A stretch of 64,000 bases of DNA from a virus (IMGVR_UViG_3300029813_000617:1-64000), one strand, 5' to 3'; shown: positions 47,526 through 56,697, numbered from the stretch's first letter. Translations and numbers: made by a program. The notes: generated from the sequence alone by a model not told the origin.

Positions 47526-47700
47526 CTTGTGTTATAAAAGAATCGAGTTCAGCATTGGTCAAATAGATGCTACATATTCCCTTAGGGCTTATGCAGCGAA
47601 TCATGTACTCACCACAGTCAAAACCAGGCCCCTGGTTCTGAAAAAGTTGCAAGGTCGTCCTATCCTGGAAACCTTCGTAAAACGCCATCTTCAGCCTCAT
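47485..47700 (-). CDS. Hypothetical protein
   Basis: 71 aa with SD, after the portal. Confidence 0.5.
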   Translation of the reverse strand: MRLKMAFYEGFQDRTTLQLFQNQGPGFDCGEYMIRCISPKGICSIYLTNAELDSFITQVEEVHANRSQSKS

Positions 47701-47712
47701 TTTGCCCCTCTC

Positions 47713-49038
47713 CTATCCTCGCTTCAAACTGACTCCGAGACCTAGCTGCTCGAGTAGAGCTCCAAAGACACGTTTGCCCAAGTCTGCGTCTATCCATTCG
47801 TTCTTTTGAGCAGTATCCAGGGCCTGAGTAATGCGACTCATCGCGCCACCAGTTCGCTGGAGATCCCTGAGAGAAATCTTGGGCATGATGATGTCAAGTG
47901 CTGTGTCTACATCCTTATCAATTATCCCGTGGATGATCTTCTGGTCAATCACAAAGTTCAGAATCTCCCGTAAAAATCCTTCGATTTCAGACTGGCGTGC
48001 ACTGAGAGATTGATAAGCTGGTGCAGCCATAGACTCAGCAATTGCTCTGCCTGCAGTGGCGGGTTCGCTGAAGAAGTGGACGGGGATACCCATGCCTCCT
48101 AGCGCATAGTTGCGGATGAGCATAGCTTCATCAGTGATGTTCTCAGCCTTTAGACCTATCTCCATAGGCTCCCATTTGACCCACTCATTATGGACGAGGA
48201 AGGCCCCTGGTTTGGGTGGATTGGCTTCCAGCTGAGCGACTTGCCTCTTAATTTTGGCATCATCAGCACCCCTCATCTCGACATCCCATATCCAGCCAGC
48301 CTCATGAGTCATTCGCTCTAGAGAGTTGAAGATAAGCTGGTCTAGACAGTCGATGAAGTCAGCTGCGGCAAGAAGGTCGCTAAGGCCCCGGCTTGCATCC
48401 CCTACACGGTTGACCGAAAAGTAGAAACAATCACCGACTCGCCTTTGGTAGACGGAGGGTGAGTCGAGATCTTCGGATCTTAGTCTCGCCTCTACACCTC
48501 GCTCTACATGGATGACTTTGAGTTCCTTGTTCACACCGGGCTGATCCGTCGATCTGAGCACGACCCTATCATGACGCAACAAGTTCGTGATATCTAGATG
48601 GACATCCTCGACTTGGAAGGGGGAGATATAGGCAAGCTCCACATCCCCGTTGTGCCTGTTCACAGTTGCTGGAACGGTCACTTCGCCATAGAGACTGAGT
48701 TCGAAGGCTAACAGAGGCAGGAACCTATCCAGGTTATGAGTAGGGTTTCCCCAGAACTTCTCGATGCAGGACTGAACAACTGGAGATTTGGCCTTTACAC
48801 GAACCCCACCGCCAACTACATAGTCTCGCATGAGTTCAACGCTTCTATGTGCCAGGGGGTTAAAGCGATAGAGATAGAGGGAAACCTGGAGCATCCGCTC
48901 GTGGTCATAGTCGGGCAGATTGCGAGGAGCTGTATCTGTGAGACGACGCCACTTCCAGGCATCTGTGTCCACTTCTGGTAGTGATGTGTCTACTGCCTCT
49001 AAGAGCCGTTTTCTCTGAACTTTTCCCAAAACTGGCAT
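47713..49038 (-). CDS. Portal protein
   Basis: 441 aa; NPLAHR.V....DYVVG.G, ELSLYGE, RGLSDL, GIP.HF; downstream of terminase. Confidence 0.85.
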   Translation of the reverse strand: MPVLGKVQRKRLLEAVDTSLPEVDTDAWKWRRLTDTAPRNLPDYDHERMLQVSLYLYRFNPLAHRSVELMRDYVVGGGVRVKAKSPVVQSCIEKFWGNPTHNLDRFLPLLAFELSLYGEVTVPATVNRHNGDVELAYISPFQVEDVHLDITNLLRHDRVVLRSTDQPGVNKELKVIHVERGVEARLRSEDLDSPSVYQRRVGDCFYFSVNRVGDASRGLSDLLAAADFIDCLDQLIFNSLERMTHEAGWIWDVEMRGADDAKIKRQVAQLEANPPKPGAFLVHNEWVKWEPMEIGLKAENITDEAMLIRNYALGGMGIPVHFFSEPATAGRAIAESMAAPAYQSLSARQSEIEGFLREILNFVIDQKIIHGIIDKDVDTALDIIMPKISLRDLQRTGGAMSRITQALDTAQKNEWIDADLGKRVFGALLEQLGLGVSLKRG

Positions 49039-49052
49039 TTCTATACCCTTTC

Positions 49053-49670
49053 TTATCTTGCACTCAGGAACCTTCCACTTGAGTCTCGTTCTCTAATCTC
49101 AGGCCTTTGGGTAAGCACAGTTAAGACTTTCTTATCCGCCCATCCTGCAGCAACACGCTTGTAAAGTGTCCAGACATTCAAATCCAACTCTTCAGCCCAT
49201 TCAGCTACACACTTCGTTTGACCTCTTACCGTCAGAAGAACGTTGTTCAGCTTGTTCCGATTTTGCTCCGAACGCGGAACCCAGCGGCAGTTCTCTTTCG
49301 AATAACCTTTAGCGGAGTCAATTCTGTCGAGAGTCATCCCCTCAATATAGCTAGGCCCCATATCTTCCCAAAACCCCATAAAGGAAACCCATCTTTCCGC
49401 ATACTTGATTCCGCACCCACCATACCACCTATAACTCTTGTTCCTCGGATTTGAACATCTGTCTTTCATAGACTGCCAAGAGATATACGGCGGCGTATGA
49501 CTCATCCCGTGCTCTTCGCCACGGCCTCGGATAGGGATTCTACACTCATTCAGATTCCGCCTAACTATCTCACAGGAAGTATGCAAGATGTGAGCTACTT
49601 CCTTTTGTGTTCTCCGCTCAACGACGTAGAGTCGGAGCAAGTCCTCTCTGCGTAGTACTATCTTTCTCAT
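49053..49670 (-). CDS. HNH-like homing endonuclease with N-terminal HTH
   Basis: W.SMK.RC.N....Y..YGG.GI...W..F..F..DMG...TLDRID...GY..ENCRW. Confidence 0.85.
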   Translation of the reverse strand: MRKIVLRREDLLRLYVVERRTQKEVAHILHTSCEIVRRNLNECRIPIRGRGEEHGMSHTPPYISWQSMKDRCSNPRNKSYRWYGGCGIKYAERWVSFMGFWEDMGPSYIEGMTLDRIDSAKGYSKENCRWVPRSEQNRNKLNNVLLTVRGQTKCVAEWAEELDLNVWTLYKRVAAGWADKKVLTVLTQRPEIRERDSSGRFLSAR

Positions 49671-49703
49671 ATCTAACTTTTCCCTTCCATAATTGCTATG
49701 CTA

Positions 49704-49732
49704 ATTGTATATGGGAAGGGAGAATTTGTCAA
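49704..49732 (-). promoter_or_regulatory. Sigma70-type promoter inside an RBS-sequestering hairpin
   Basis: TTGACA-17 nt-TACAAT; inverted repeat TCCCTTCCAT...ATGGGAAGGGA at 49681-49721. Confidence 0.7.
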
Positions 49733-49737
49733 CTTCC

Positions 49738-50304
49738 TCACCACCGGTAGAAACAATACGTGAGAGATCGTGAGTGACCCTGAAGTGCTCTAAAGATGAG
49801 TTTGGCTCCACTAGTGACAACGAGTGGCTCAAGTACGAAGTAAGGATCATCTAGGGGGCCACGCAAGGTCTGCCCAAAGAGCTTGGCTGAGTTACCCTTA
49901 TGGTCTGTGCAGACGAGGGCGATATCCACCACATCTCCTGATGCCAAGTTGACCAGGTTCATATTGCCACCTAGCATGATGGGTGAGCCATCTTTCGAGT
50001 TGAGCTCCAGCAGTGTATAGGAGGTACCGATTTCGGGCAAGAGCTCGTCCTGAATGATGATATCAGGAGTACGAATCTGCTTCTCGAGCCAGTAGCGGAG
50101 CTGGGCGCGTAGGCGCTTCTGGATACGGGACTCGCCTTCCTTTAGAGACCTTTGGGTTCGAGACTCTACAGCCTGGAGATCTGAGACGAGTTTAGCTATA
50201 CGACTCTCTGTATGAGCCTCCAGGATGTTCAGTGCTGCCTTCAGGGCAGCCAAGTCCGCTTCCACAGCATCAACCCTTGTGGCCAGTTTCCTTCGTTTCA
50301 TCAC
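49738..50304 (-). CDS. Hypothetical coiled-coil protein
   Basis: ATGA-coupled to the terminase nuclease gene. Confidence 0.55.
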   Translation of the reverse strand: MMKRRKLATRVDAVEADLAALKAALNILEAHTESRIAKLVSDLQAVESRTQRSLKEGESRIQKRLRAQLRYWLEKQIRTPDIIIQDELLPEIGTSYTLLELNSKDGSPIMLGGNMNLVNLASGDVVDIALVCTDHKGNSAKLFGQTLRGPLDDPYFVLEPLVVTSGAKLIFRALQGHSRSLTYCFYRW

Positions 50305-51179
50305 CGCCTCAGCCTCCTGCTATGACTAGTACGAGATCCCCGTCTACCAAAAGGTGAGCGAGAGCCTCGAAGAAGTCTGCCACCACTGTGCAAAGCGGGA
50401 CCAACCATGCGATTCCCAGGAACGTTGTCAGGATGTGCAGATATGAAGATAGGGTCGCCACTGGCGAGTCTTGCGCCCTCAATCGCTTTCTGGACTGCGT
50501 CCAAAGTATCATTCCGTGAAGTCTTTCCAGTGAAGCTGACCCACTCATCAACAAAGTCTGATACAGAGTCAGCAGGCTCTATTTGCGTGAGACCTGCCTC
50601 GTCAGTAACAAGCTGGCCTCGAACCTTGATCTTGCCACTTTCGAATAGAGGAGCCATAGCAACATAGCGAAGCTCAGGAGGAAAGCGGGTTGTGCTCTCG
50701 ACTATGGGTAAACGCTGTTCAGGGTTGGGAAGTATGTATCGAGTAAAGAGAGCTTGGGCTGCTACAGCTTCGACGGTAATTTGGGCTGGTCGCCAGACAC
50801 TCGCCTCAAGATGAATGCGTTGGGCCTGCTCCAGTGGATCTATTTGTAGATGGTAGGCTGAATTAAGATAGCCATTATGTTGAGAGTCTATACCCAGAAC
50901 TGCTAGGGCGAAATAGTCCGTGCCTGCCCTGCCCGATGGAGAGGGGTCAACTCCGATATAGTAGACGAGTGGTGGCAAGTCCTTGTCCAGGTAGAATTGC
51001 AACCACTCCTTCTTCAGGAAGGCGGATCCAAGGTCAATTGGATCGAGCATGTATTGGGAGCTGAAGGGGATAGAAGTGATCTCCATCTTTTTTGCCTGGA
51101 GACGCTCGATAGACCAGCGCTCAGGCCAGTTTGATCGACCATCTTCAGTGATAGCAGGAACTACTAAGATTCCAGCCAT
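50301..51179 (-). CDS. terL: Terminase large subunit, nuclease half
   Basis: PAITEDG...WPERWS...FSSQY..DP; RNase H-like IGVDP....TDY; E...Q; NDTLDA. Confidence 0.85.
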   Translation of the reverse strand: MAGILVVPAITEDGRSNWPERWSIERLQAKKMEITSIPFSSQYMLDPIDLGSAFLKKEWLQFYLDKDLPPLVYYIGVDPSPSGRAGTDYFALAVLGIDSQHNGYLNSAYHLQIDPLEQAQRIHLEASVWRPAQITVEAVAAQALFTRYILPNPEQRLPIVESTTRFPPELRYVAMAPLFESGKIKVRGQLVTDEAGLTQIEPADSVSDFVDEWVSFTGKTSRNDTLDAVQKAIEGARLASGDPIFISAHPDNVPGNRMVGPALHSGGRLLRGSRSPFGRRGSRTSHSRRLRR

Positions 51180-51499
51180 CGACCTTGTCCCAATGCGTTC
51201 TCAATCAGATAAATCACCCCATGAGGAACATACCTGCTATATCGAATTGTCAGTTTTCCAAAGACACCTTCTGAAGCCCAGGGTCCAAATGGGACCCCTA
51301 CTTGCTTCGCCACCAGATGCCAATCTATCAAGAGCAGATATTCCCTCTCGGGATCAATCTCGGTGTCAGGGAACAAACATTCCAGGAATCGGCAGGCATC
51401 TTTCTGAGCTGCCTCTACAGCAAGATCATGTACTCTTGAAAGATCCTCAAGTGTTAGAGGTGTCATTCTCTCATTGTTGGTAGCAGTACATGTTTGCAT
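51164..51499 (-). CDS. Hypothetical protein between the terL halves
   Basis: 111 aa; overlaps the nuclease-half start. Confidence 0.5.
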   Translation of the reverse strand: MQTCTATNNERMTPLTLEDLSRVHDLAVEAAQKDACRFLECLFPDTEIDPEREYLLLIDWHLVAKQVGVPFGPWASEGVFGKLTIRYSRYVPHGVIYLIENALGQGRWLES

Positions 51500-51503
51500 C
51501 AGT

Positions 51504-51926
51504 CTATCTCCTCAGCCACTCTTGCTCCCATTGATGCCAAGAACCAACAGTGCCCAACTGGATCCTCCCTCTCCGATAGCCAAAGAACTCTCTCAGGAAA
51601 TTCTTTAGCCGCTCCCAGACATAATCAACGCGACTGGTGGTGACAATCATGGTAAGCCTCACGTACCGCCAGGGGCCTGGTCCCTCTCCCCACGCAGGCA
51701 GGGGTGGCTCTGGGCAACAGGCCTCAATAGCCTCATCACAAGTGACTGGATGCCAGTTCTTAACATCCCTGCCCTCCATTTCCTTCGTGTCGCTAATCTC
51801 CCAAGCAGTACAGAGAGGAAACTGACCTCGATGACCTCGACCGTGGAAGTCCTTTAGGATCCACTCAATCCTGCGTTTTTCCCGACTTGGCCGTGTGGAA
51901 AGAACTCCATATCTAAGCCTTGTCAC
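51504..51926 (-). CDS. Hypothetical protein between the terL halves
   Basis: 140 aa; SD AGGAGG. Confidence 0.5.
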   Translation of the reverse strand: MTRLRYGVLSTRPSREKRRIEWILKDFHGRGHRGQFPLCTAWEISDTKEMEGRDVKNWHPVTCDEAIEACCPEPPLPAWGEGPGPWRYVRLTMIVTTSRVDYVWERLKNFLREFFGYRRGRIQLGTVGSWHQWEQEWLRR

Positions 51927-51939
51927 CTTCCAATCCTCC

Positions 51940-52866
51940 TTAATCTGTTCTCCTAGCCTCGGCTATTGCCTGCTCATGAAGCTCTTGTCCAGCTAAGGGA
52001 TCTAGCCCACCTTCCCGCTCCATCTTGTAGAGCTCACTATCGCGAGGATACTTCCCTGGCAAGACAAAAGCACCTTTCTGCCAGACTGCCATCTCACTAG
52101 GAAGATTCTTCCAACGCTCCATTATCTCCGCATAGATGTCATCCTGACTCCAACGTGAGCCGCTAACTACGACTTGTCCGTCGGGTTCCAGGGTATTGAG
52201 GAGAGTCGTCCAGAGCCAATCAGAGGCATGCTTACGCAGAGCAGGAGAGACAGCCTCCTTTTCCCCTACGATGTCGTCCACGATGATGATGTCTGCTCTA
52301 GCTCCTAGGAGAGCAGAACCAATCCCCGTTGCCAGGAGGGATGAGTGCATAGCGTAGTGGGAGCGGCCTACGACCCGCTTCTCAACGTCAGTCCAGCGGA
52401 GCGTCCTTGGTCTGGGGACCAGGAAGCCAAAGACCTCCTGATATTTCTCGTTTCTGTACATGACATTTTCGATCTCAGACAACCACCACTTGGCCTGAGT
52501 TATAGTATTCGATGCTACTATGATTCTGAGATCCCTGTTTACCCCTAGTCTCCAGCAAGGATAGGCCACTGAGCCCAAAACGCTTTTTCCCCACGATCGT
52601 GGCAGCAGGGTGAGAACCCGCTTCTCAAACAGGAGATTCTTGATCATTTCCTTGTGGAACCACTGGAGCTTCAGGGGCACGCCCTTTTGGTCAACAAAGA
52701 CATACTCGATGAAGAAGGCAAGGTCTGCGCGAGCTCTTCGAGGGGCTGTATCGCGGACCGCGAATCCCTCAATTAGTGAGTCAGCGAAGGCAGAACGGGG
52801 GTTCGTGGTCTTCCAGATAGGTTCCCCCTCAGGTGGTTTTGCTATGTCGATCGCTGGCTTTGGCAT
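51940..52866 (-). CDS. terL: Terminase large subunit, ATPase half
   Basis: Q motif LQWFH, Walker A PRSWGKS, Walker B GARADIIIVDD, coupling motif GSRW..DDIY. Confidence 0.9.
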   Translation of the reverse strand: MPKPAIDIAKPPEGEPIWKTTNPRSAFADSLIEGFAVRDTAPRRARADLAFFIEYVFVDQKGVPLKLQWFHKEMIKNLLFEKRVLTLLPRSWGKSVLGSVAYPCWRLGVNRDLRIIVASNTITQAKWWLSEIENVMYRNEKYQEVFGFLVPRPRTLRWTDVEKRVVGRSHYAMHSSLLATGIGSALLGARADIIIVDDIVGEKEAVSPALRKHASDWLWTTLLNTLEPDGQVVVSGSRWSQDDIYAEIMERWKNLPSEMAVWQKGAFVLPGKYPRDSELYKMEREGGLDPLAGQELHEQAIAEARRTD

Positions 52867-52881
52867 AGTAACCTCTGATCT

Positions 52882-52910
52882 ATTCTAGCAGGAATAGGAG
52901 CACATGTCAA
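52882..52910 (-). promoter_or_regulatory. terL promoter
   Basis: TTGACA-17 nt-TAGAAT with extended -10 (TGc). Confidence 0.75.
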
Positions 52911-52968
52911 GCCCAGTAGCAGACTACTATCGAGAAATAAGCTCCCAATTGTAGACTGTTGCTAAGAC

Positions 52969-52997
52969 TTGACCTGGGAGCATAGATAGTATAGAAT
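52969..52997 (+). promoter_or_regulatory. Divergent terS promoter
   Basis: TTGACC-17 nt-TAGAAT. Confidence 0.7.
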
Positions 52998-53032
52998 GGA
53001 CTGTGAGGGTTGTATTCATCAGGAGAGGTCCA

Positions 53033-53635
53033 ATGGCTGGAACAATCACTGACGAAATGCGACGCAAGTCCATCGAGGCTAGGAATGACCCTAGTAGGAT
53101 ATGTGGTGCGCCCGCACCGAAAAGTCGGACTGGGATCTGTCGTAACTGGGCTGGGCAGAGGACCAACCACAAGGGTACGGGATATTGCTGGCTCCATGAT
53201 ACGAAACTACCTGGGACAGAGGTAGTAGACTTGGTGGTTTTGTCCGATCAGGAAGCTCAAGATCCCGAGATACTGGAACTTCGTCGAGAGATCCAGATGG
53301 CGAGAAACAAGCTCCGCCTCTATGCTGAGGATAGTGAGGATGATAGTGAGCCTGCTGGGGACCTGAAGACTATGGCCCTACTTCTAGACACCATTCGCAA
53401 GCTGGTCATGACCAAGAACAAGATCGAGCAGGATCGTCGCTACCTGATTCCTGTTAGTGTAGCTGTCAATATGGCGAAGCGTTTGACAGAGCTCATCAGT
53501 GAATACTTGCCTGAGGAGCAACGATTCGCCCTGAGAGATGAGGTCATCGAGTTACTCAGGACTGAGTTGGCCCTGGATAACAAGGGGGCTTGGGTGGATC
53601 CAGCAGCTAGGTGGTCAGGGCAAAGAAGAGGCTAG
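53033..53635 (+). CDS. terS: Probable terminase small subunit (HGGxSTG-like Cys/His domain + helical region)
   Basis: CGA.......C...AG..T.H.G.G.C..H, then LRREI..AR; SD AGGAGAGG. Confidence 0.65.
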   Translation: MAGTITDEMRRKSIEARNDPSRICGAPAPKSRTGICRNWAGQRTNHKGTGYCWLHDTKLPGTEVVDLVVLSDQEAQDPEILELRREIQMARNKLRLYAEDSEDDSEPAGDLKTMALLLDTIRKLVMTKNKIEQDRRYLIPVSVAVNMAKRLTELISEYLPEEQRFALRDEVIELLRTELALDNKGAWVDPAARWSGQRRG

Positions 53636-53655
53636 GCCATAAGGGAGGAGAAGGC

Positions 53656-53850
53656 ATGAGTGCTTGGCAACAGTTCTTTGTGGATCATCTTATTCTGGAA
53701 GACAAGAAGATTATGGAGTTCCTCTCCTGGCTGCTCATAGCTGGAGACATGATTGGACTCAACCGACACAAGCTCACATATGAACAGCTCCAAGCATTGT
53801 ATGAGGAAGAACCATGGCAGATACTATACCAATGCAGGGAAGGGGCATGA
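53656..53850 (+). CDS. Hypothetical protein
   Basis: SD GGAGGAG. Confidence 0.5.
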   Translation: MSAWQQFFVDHLILEDKKIMEFLSWLLIAGDMIGLNRHKLTYEQLQALYEEEPWQILYQCREGA

Positions 53851-54017
53851 CCAAAATCTATTGCAGTGGATGTGGTGCGTTCATAGGAGAAGTTGATCTG
53901 GAATATGAAGATGACGATGCTGTGAGTGGGATATGCACAATTTGTGCTGGTGTGTCATCGACTGCTGAGGCAGATCCTGGCGATAATGGGCATGGGCCAC
54001 AAGGAGAGATCAGATGA
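53847..54017 (+). CDS. Small Zn-finger protein
   Basis: CSGC...SGICTIC; ATGA coupling. Confidence 0.5.
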   Translation: MTKIYCSGCGAFIGEVDLEYEDDDAVSGICTICAGVSSTAEADPGDNGHGPQGEIR

Positions 54018-54403
54018 GGAAATGCTCGCGCTGCTACTTAAGGGGTACGTCGCGACTAGGGCTGTTCAACACTATCATCGGTTGTCTGTTCAACCGCGTT
54101 CTGGTGAAGCGGGTAGACAGTGATACCAAGAAGACTGTTGGCTGGTTTTGGGATAAAGCAACGAATTGGCCCAAGGTAAAGAGGGAGAGAAAGAGAAAGT
54201 GTCTTTTGTTCCATCACTTCAAAACTATCCGCGATACTGGAGCCACCCTCTACCAGGAGTGTCTGAGATGCGGTATGCGCATCGCACGACAGAACGCTTG
54301 TGGAGGATATCAGCCGGTAGACCAGCAGTGGGTTGACACTGGAGAGTGGACAAAGATTGGGAAGCCTCCAAATGTCGATTCCAGCGTCTCGAGATATAGT
54401 TAA
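54014..54403 (+). CDS. Cys-rich hypothetical protein
   Basis: CSRC, CLLFHH, ECLRCG. Confidence 0.5.
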   Translation: MRKCSRCYLRGTSRLGLFNTIIGCLFNRVLVKRVDSDTKKTVGWFWDKATNWPKVKRERKRKCLLFHHFKTIRDTGATLYQECLRCGMRIARQNACGGYQPVDQQWVDTGEWTKIGKPPNVDSSVSRYS

Positions 54404-54462
54404 CAGCACTTTTAGACCTGGCCTTTCTGCGACCAAGTCTAATTGATAACTCTTGGGGGTTT

Positions 54463-54482
54463 AGGGGCTAGGAAGCCCCTTT
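54463..54482. terminator. Hairpin between convergent genes
   Basis: AGGGGCT-AGGA-AGCCCCT. Confidence 0.5.
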
Positions 54483-54490
54483 ATGTGAAG

Positions 54491-55324
54491 CTACGCCATC
54501 ACAGCGTAGCTCGAGGTGACCAACATCGGGTCACATCCCCTGGCTGGAGTAAGTCTAGGGCTATAAGAGAGCCAATCTATTAGGTCTAGATTTACTCTAA
54601 CCTTCACCATCCAGGAGGCGACAATTCTGCCTCCAAGCTCAGCAAGCTCTTCCTCAAAGAATCCTATTAGCTCAGATGTCATCGCCTCGAGTTCCTCAGC
54701 AGTCTTCCTAATAGGAATAAGGCTAAGGGTCCTTGACATAGCTAACCTTTGAGCTTCTACCTGGACTCCAGGGAGAGCCTTCACTTGGACTTGCTTCTGC
54801 CAGATGGTCACATACCCTTTTTTGTCCTCTTTGGAAGCCTGTACAGTGCGCAGGGGACCTCGGAAGCTCGAACCCTCAGGCATCCTATCCATGATGGTAT
54901 TCCAGTCAATATCCTGGACTTTGATTTGCTGGAGACCTGGGATGCCTGGATGGGGACTCTCTACTAGCATAAAGCGGGTCCCGTCACTCTGATGACACCA
55001 TCGATAGCGGATACCATGTCTGCGCATCCACATGCGGTCTGCCTTCCACTTCAGAGAGTCAGGTGAGTAAGAATAGTAGGCCCAGTAGAGCCAACTACCA
55101 GCTTCAGAGGCATTGGCAGTCTCACGAATGACTGCGGCTTGCCTGCACTCTGGGCAGGCATTAGGACCTTGATAGAGACCACAGTAGATCTGGAAGTTGA
55201 TGAAGCCCTTAAAGTATGCGGCTACTTTAGTGAACCAGCCCCCGCATTTTGCCTTTCGAGCTTCCCGCTTAGTAATAGCTGGCTTTCCGAAGTCAAACAC
55301 TAGCATCCTCCTTAACTTTCTCAT
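54491..55324 (-). CDS. Zn-binding protein, possibly a degenerate Rep-like DNA-binding protein
   Basis: CG...CG......CPEC near the N-terminus. Confidence 0.4.
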   Translation of the reverse strand: MRKLRRMLVFDFGKPAITKREARKAKCGGWFTKVAAYFKGFINFQIYCGLYQGPNACPECRQAAVIRETANASEAGSWLYWAYYSYSPDSLKWKADRMWMRRHGIRYRWCHQSDGTRFMLVESPHPGIPGLQQIKVQDIDWNTIMDRMPEGSSFRGPLRTVQASKEDKKGYVTIWQKQVQVKALPGVQVEAQRLAMSRTLSLIPIRKTAEELEAMTSELIGFFEEELAELGGRIVASWMVKVRVNLDLIDWLSYSPRLTPARGCDPMLVTSSYAVMA

Positions 55325-55538
55325 TGTGGGGCTTCCAGTCTACAAGATAGTCGCGTAACTCTCCGCTCCTCTTGATTTTGACTATAAGCGCCTCCCTGGA
55401 GTTTGCCTCAAGGAATTTCCCTGTGTAGGGATCAACTGTGACATATCTAGTACGCCTGCCAGGGCTGTCTATCGCGAAAAAAGTGGGCACTAAAACAGTC
55501 GCTTCCTCTCCGCTCTGCATCCTTACTGGTACTCTCAT
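55293..55538 (-). CDS. Hypothetical protein
   Basis: TAATG coupling. Confidence 0.5.
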   Translation of the reverse strand: MRVPVRMQSGEEATVLVPTFFAIDSPGRRTRYVTVDPYTGKFLEANSREALIVKIKRSGELRDYLVDWKPHNEKVKEDASV

Positions 55539-55864
55539 TATTCACTCTCCTCTGGTCTAAAAGCGTTATAGACTACAAGCCCAAGTTCAGCCTGGGAAAC
55601 TATATGTACTGGACAGGAATACGGCTCCCCAGGTTTAGGACGCCAGATCATGCCCCAGTTTGGCTCAAAGAATATGCCACCTGGAAGACCTATGGGATCC
55701 CATTCAGTCACTGTTCCACCTAGCATGACATGTCCCCCTTCTCGATAGAAGGTATCATGCACGGTCCTAGCCCAAAGCTCATCTCGCTCGGATACTGCCT
55801 GCTGAACTGCATTCTGGATCTCTTTCCCAAAAAGCCATATTGCCAGTCGTTGCCTCAATGCCAT
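55538..55864 (-). CDS. Hypothetical protein
   Basis: Start inferred at MALRQ after GGAGAAAGGA. Confidence 0.5.
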   Translation of the reverse strand: MALRQRLAIWLFGKEIQNAVQQAVSERDELWARTVHDTFYREGGHVMLGGTVTEWDPIGLPGGIFFEPNWGMIWRPKPGEPYSCPVHIVSQAELGLVVYNAFRPEESE

Positions 55865-55907
55865 GTCCTTTCTCCCTGACAAAGCTACGTGTTTGTCAGT
55901 CAGGGAT

Positions 55908-56102
55908 TCATACAAGTTTTGGATGTGGCTGACCTCTGTCCCCAATCTGTTTGACTTGCCAGCCTGCTGGCGCATTCTCGTTTAGCCTGTGGCATTGTGC
56001 CTCAGCTACTCCCACGAATGGAGTGTGGAAAACCACCCTGTTGGTTAGCCACCACTCCGAACTCTTTCCCGAATACTTCCAGATACCATACACTCTAGTC
56101 AT
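55908..56102 (-). CDS. Hypothetical protein
   Basis: MTRVYGIW..., overlaps the upstream stop. Confidence 0.45.
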   Translation of the reverse strand: MTRVYGIWKYSGKSSEWWLTNRVVFHTPFVGVAEAQCHRLNENAPAGWQVKQIGDRGQPHPKLV

Positions 56103-56505
56103 CTCGATTCCTCTCCTCTGCATCATTGAGATACTTGGCACATTCCTCTAGCGTACTAAGTGCCTGCCCGCCATTGGCCTCAACCAGCCTCGCCACTGCG
56201 TCAAAAGACCGCAGCTGACCAGGGGTAAACCTCAAACCTCCGTCCTCTGCCAGCACACAAAAAACCGTTGCCTTTGGGCGTTTGTTGCTATCATCGACTA
56301 CCTCAGCGATAGCATATACACCTGTCATCAACGGTGTGACGGTGTAGAGACAAAAATCGCATATTTCGCGCTGCCGTATCTCTTCTGCCTGGCAGGCTGG
56401 TGTCCAGTCTGCTACTACAGGATTATAGTACTCGATCTGCAGCATAGGAATCAGCTTGTCTCTCCAGGTCGATTCGTTGCGCGTTCCACCTAGAAATACC
56501 TTCAC
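56095..56505 (-). CDS. Nucleoside 2-deoxyribosyltransferase-like protein (Nuc_deoxyri_tr2-type)
   Basis: KVFLGGT.N.S.WR..LI......Y.NPVV.DW...EE..QRE.CD...SNKRP; SD GGAGG, GTG start. Confidence 0.75.
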   Translation of the reverse strand: MKVFLGGTRNESTWRDKLIPMLQIEYYNPVVADWTPACQAEEIRQREICDFCLYTVTPLMTGVYAIAEVVDDSNKRPKATVFCVLAEDGGLRFTPGQLRSFDAVARLVEANGGQALSTLEECAKYLNDAEERNRDD

Positions 56506-56514
56506 ATGCCCTCC

Positions 56515-56692
56515 AAACAAAAAAGTCTCCCGCGCTTCTCTCAGGCGGCCAGTTCGGTGGTGAGAGACACTTCATCCCTGAGTGAGACAAATGAAGCTTC
56601 TCTCGCTGACCACCTGAGAGAAAAACGGGAGGTTCGCATGGACATGAAAAAACCTCATTCGTTTCACCCTAATCGGCCTCTCACCACCAGCA
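56515..56692 (-). ncRNA. Candidate structured 5' leader/attenuator RNA
   Basis: About 105-nt hairpin (56527-56631) with a U tract; its 3' arm can alternatively pair over 11 nt with the transcript 5' end. Confidence 0.45.
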
Positions 56693-56697
56693 CGCCT

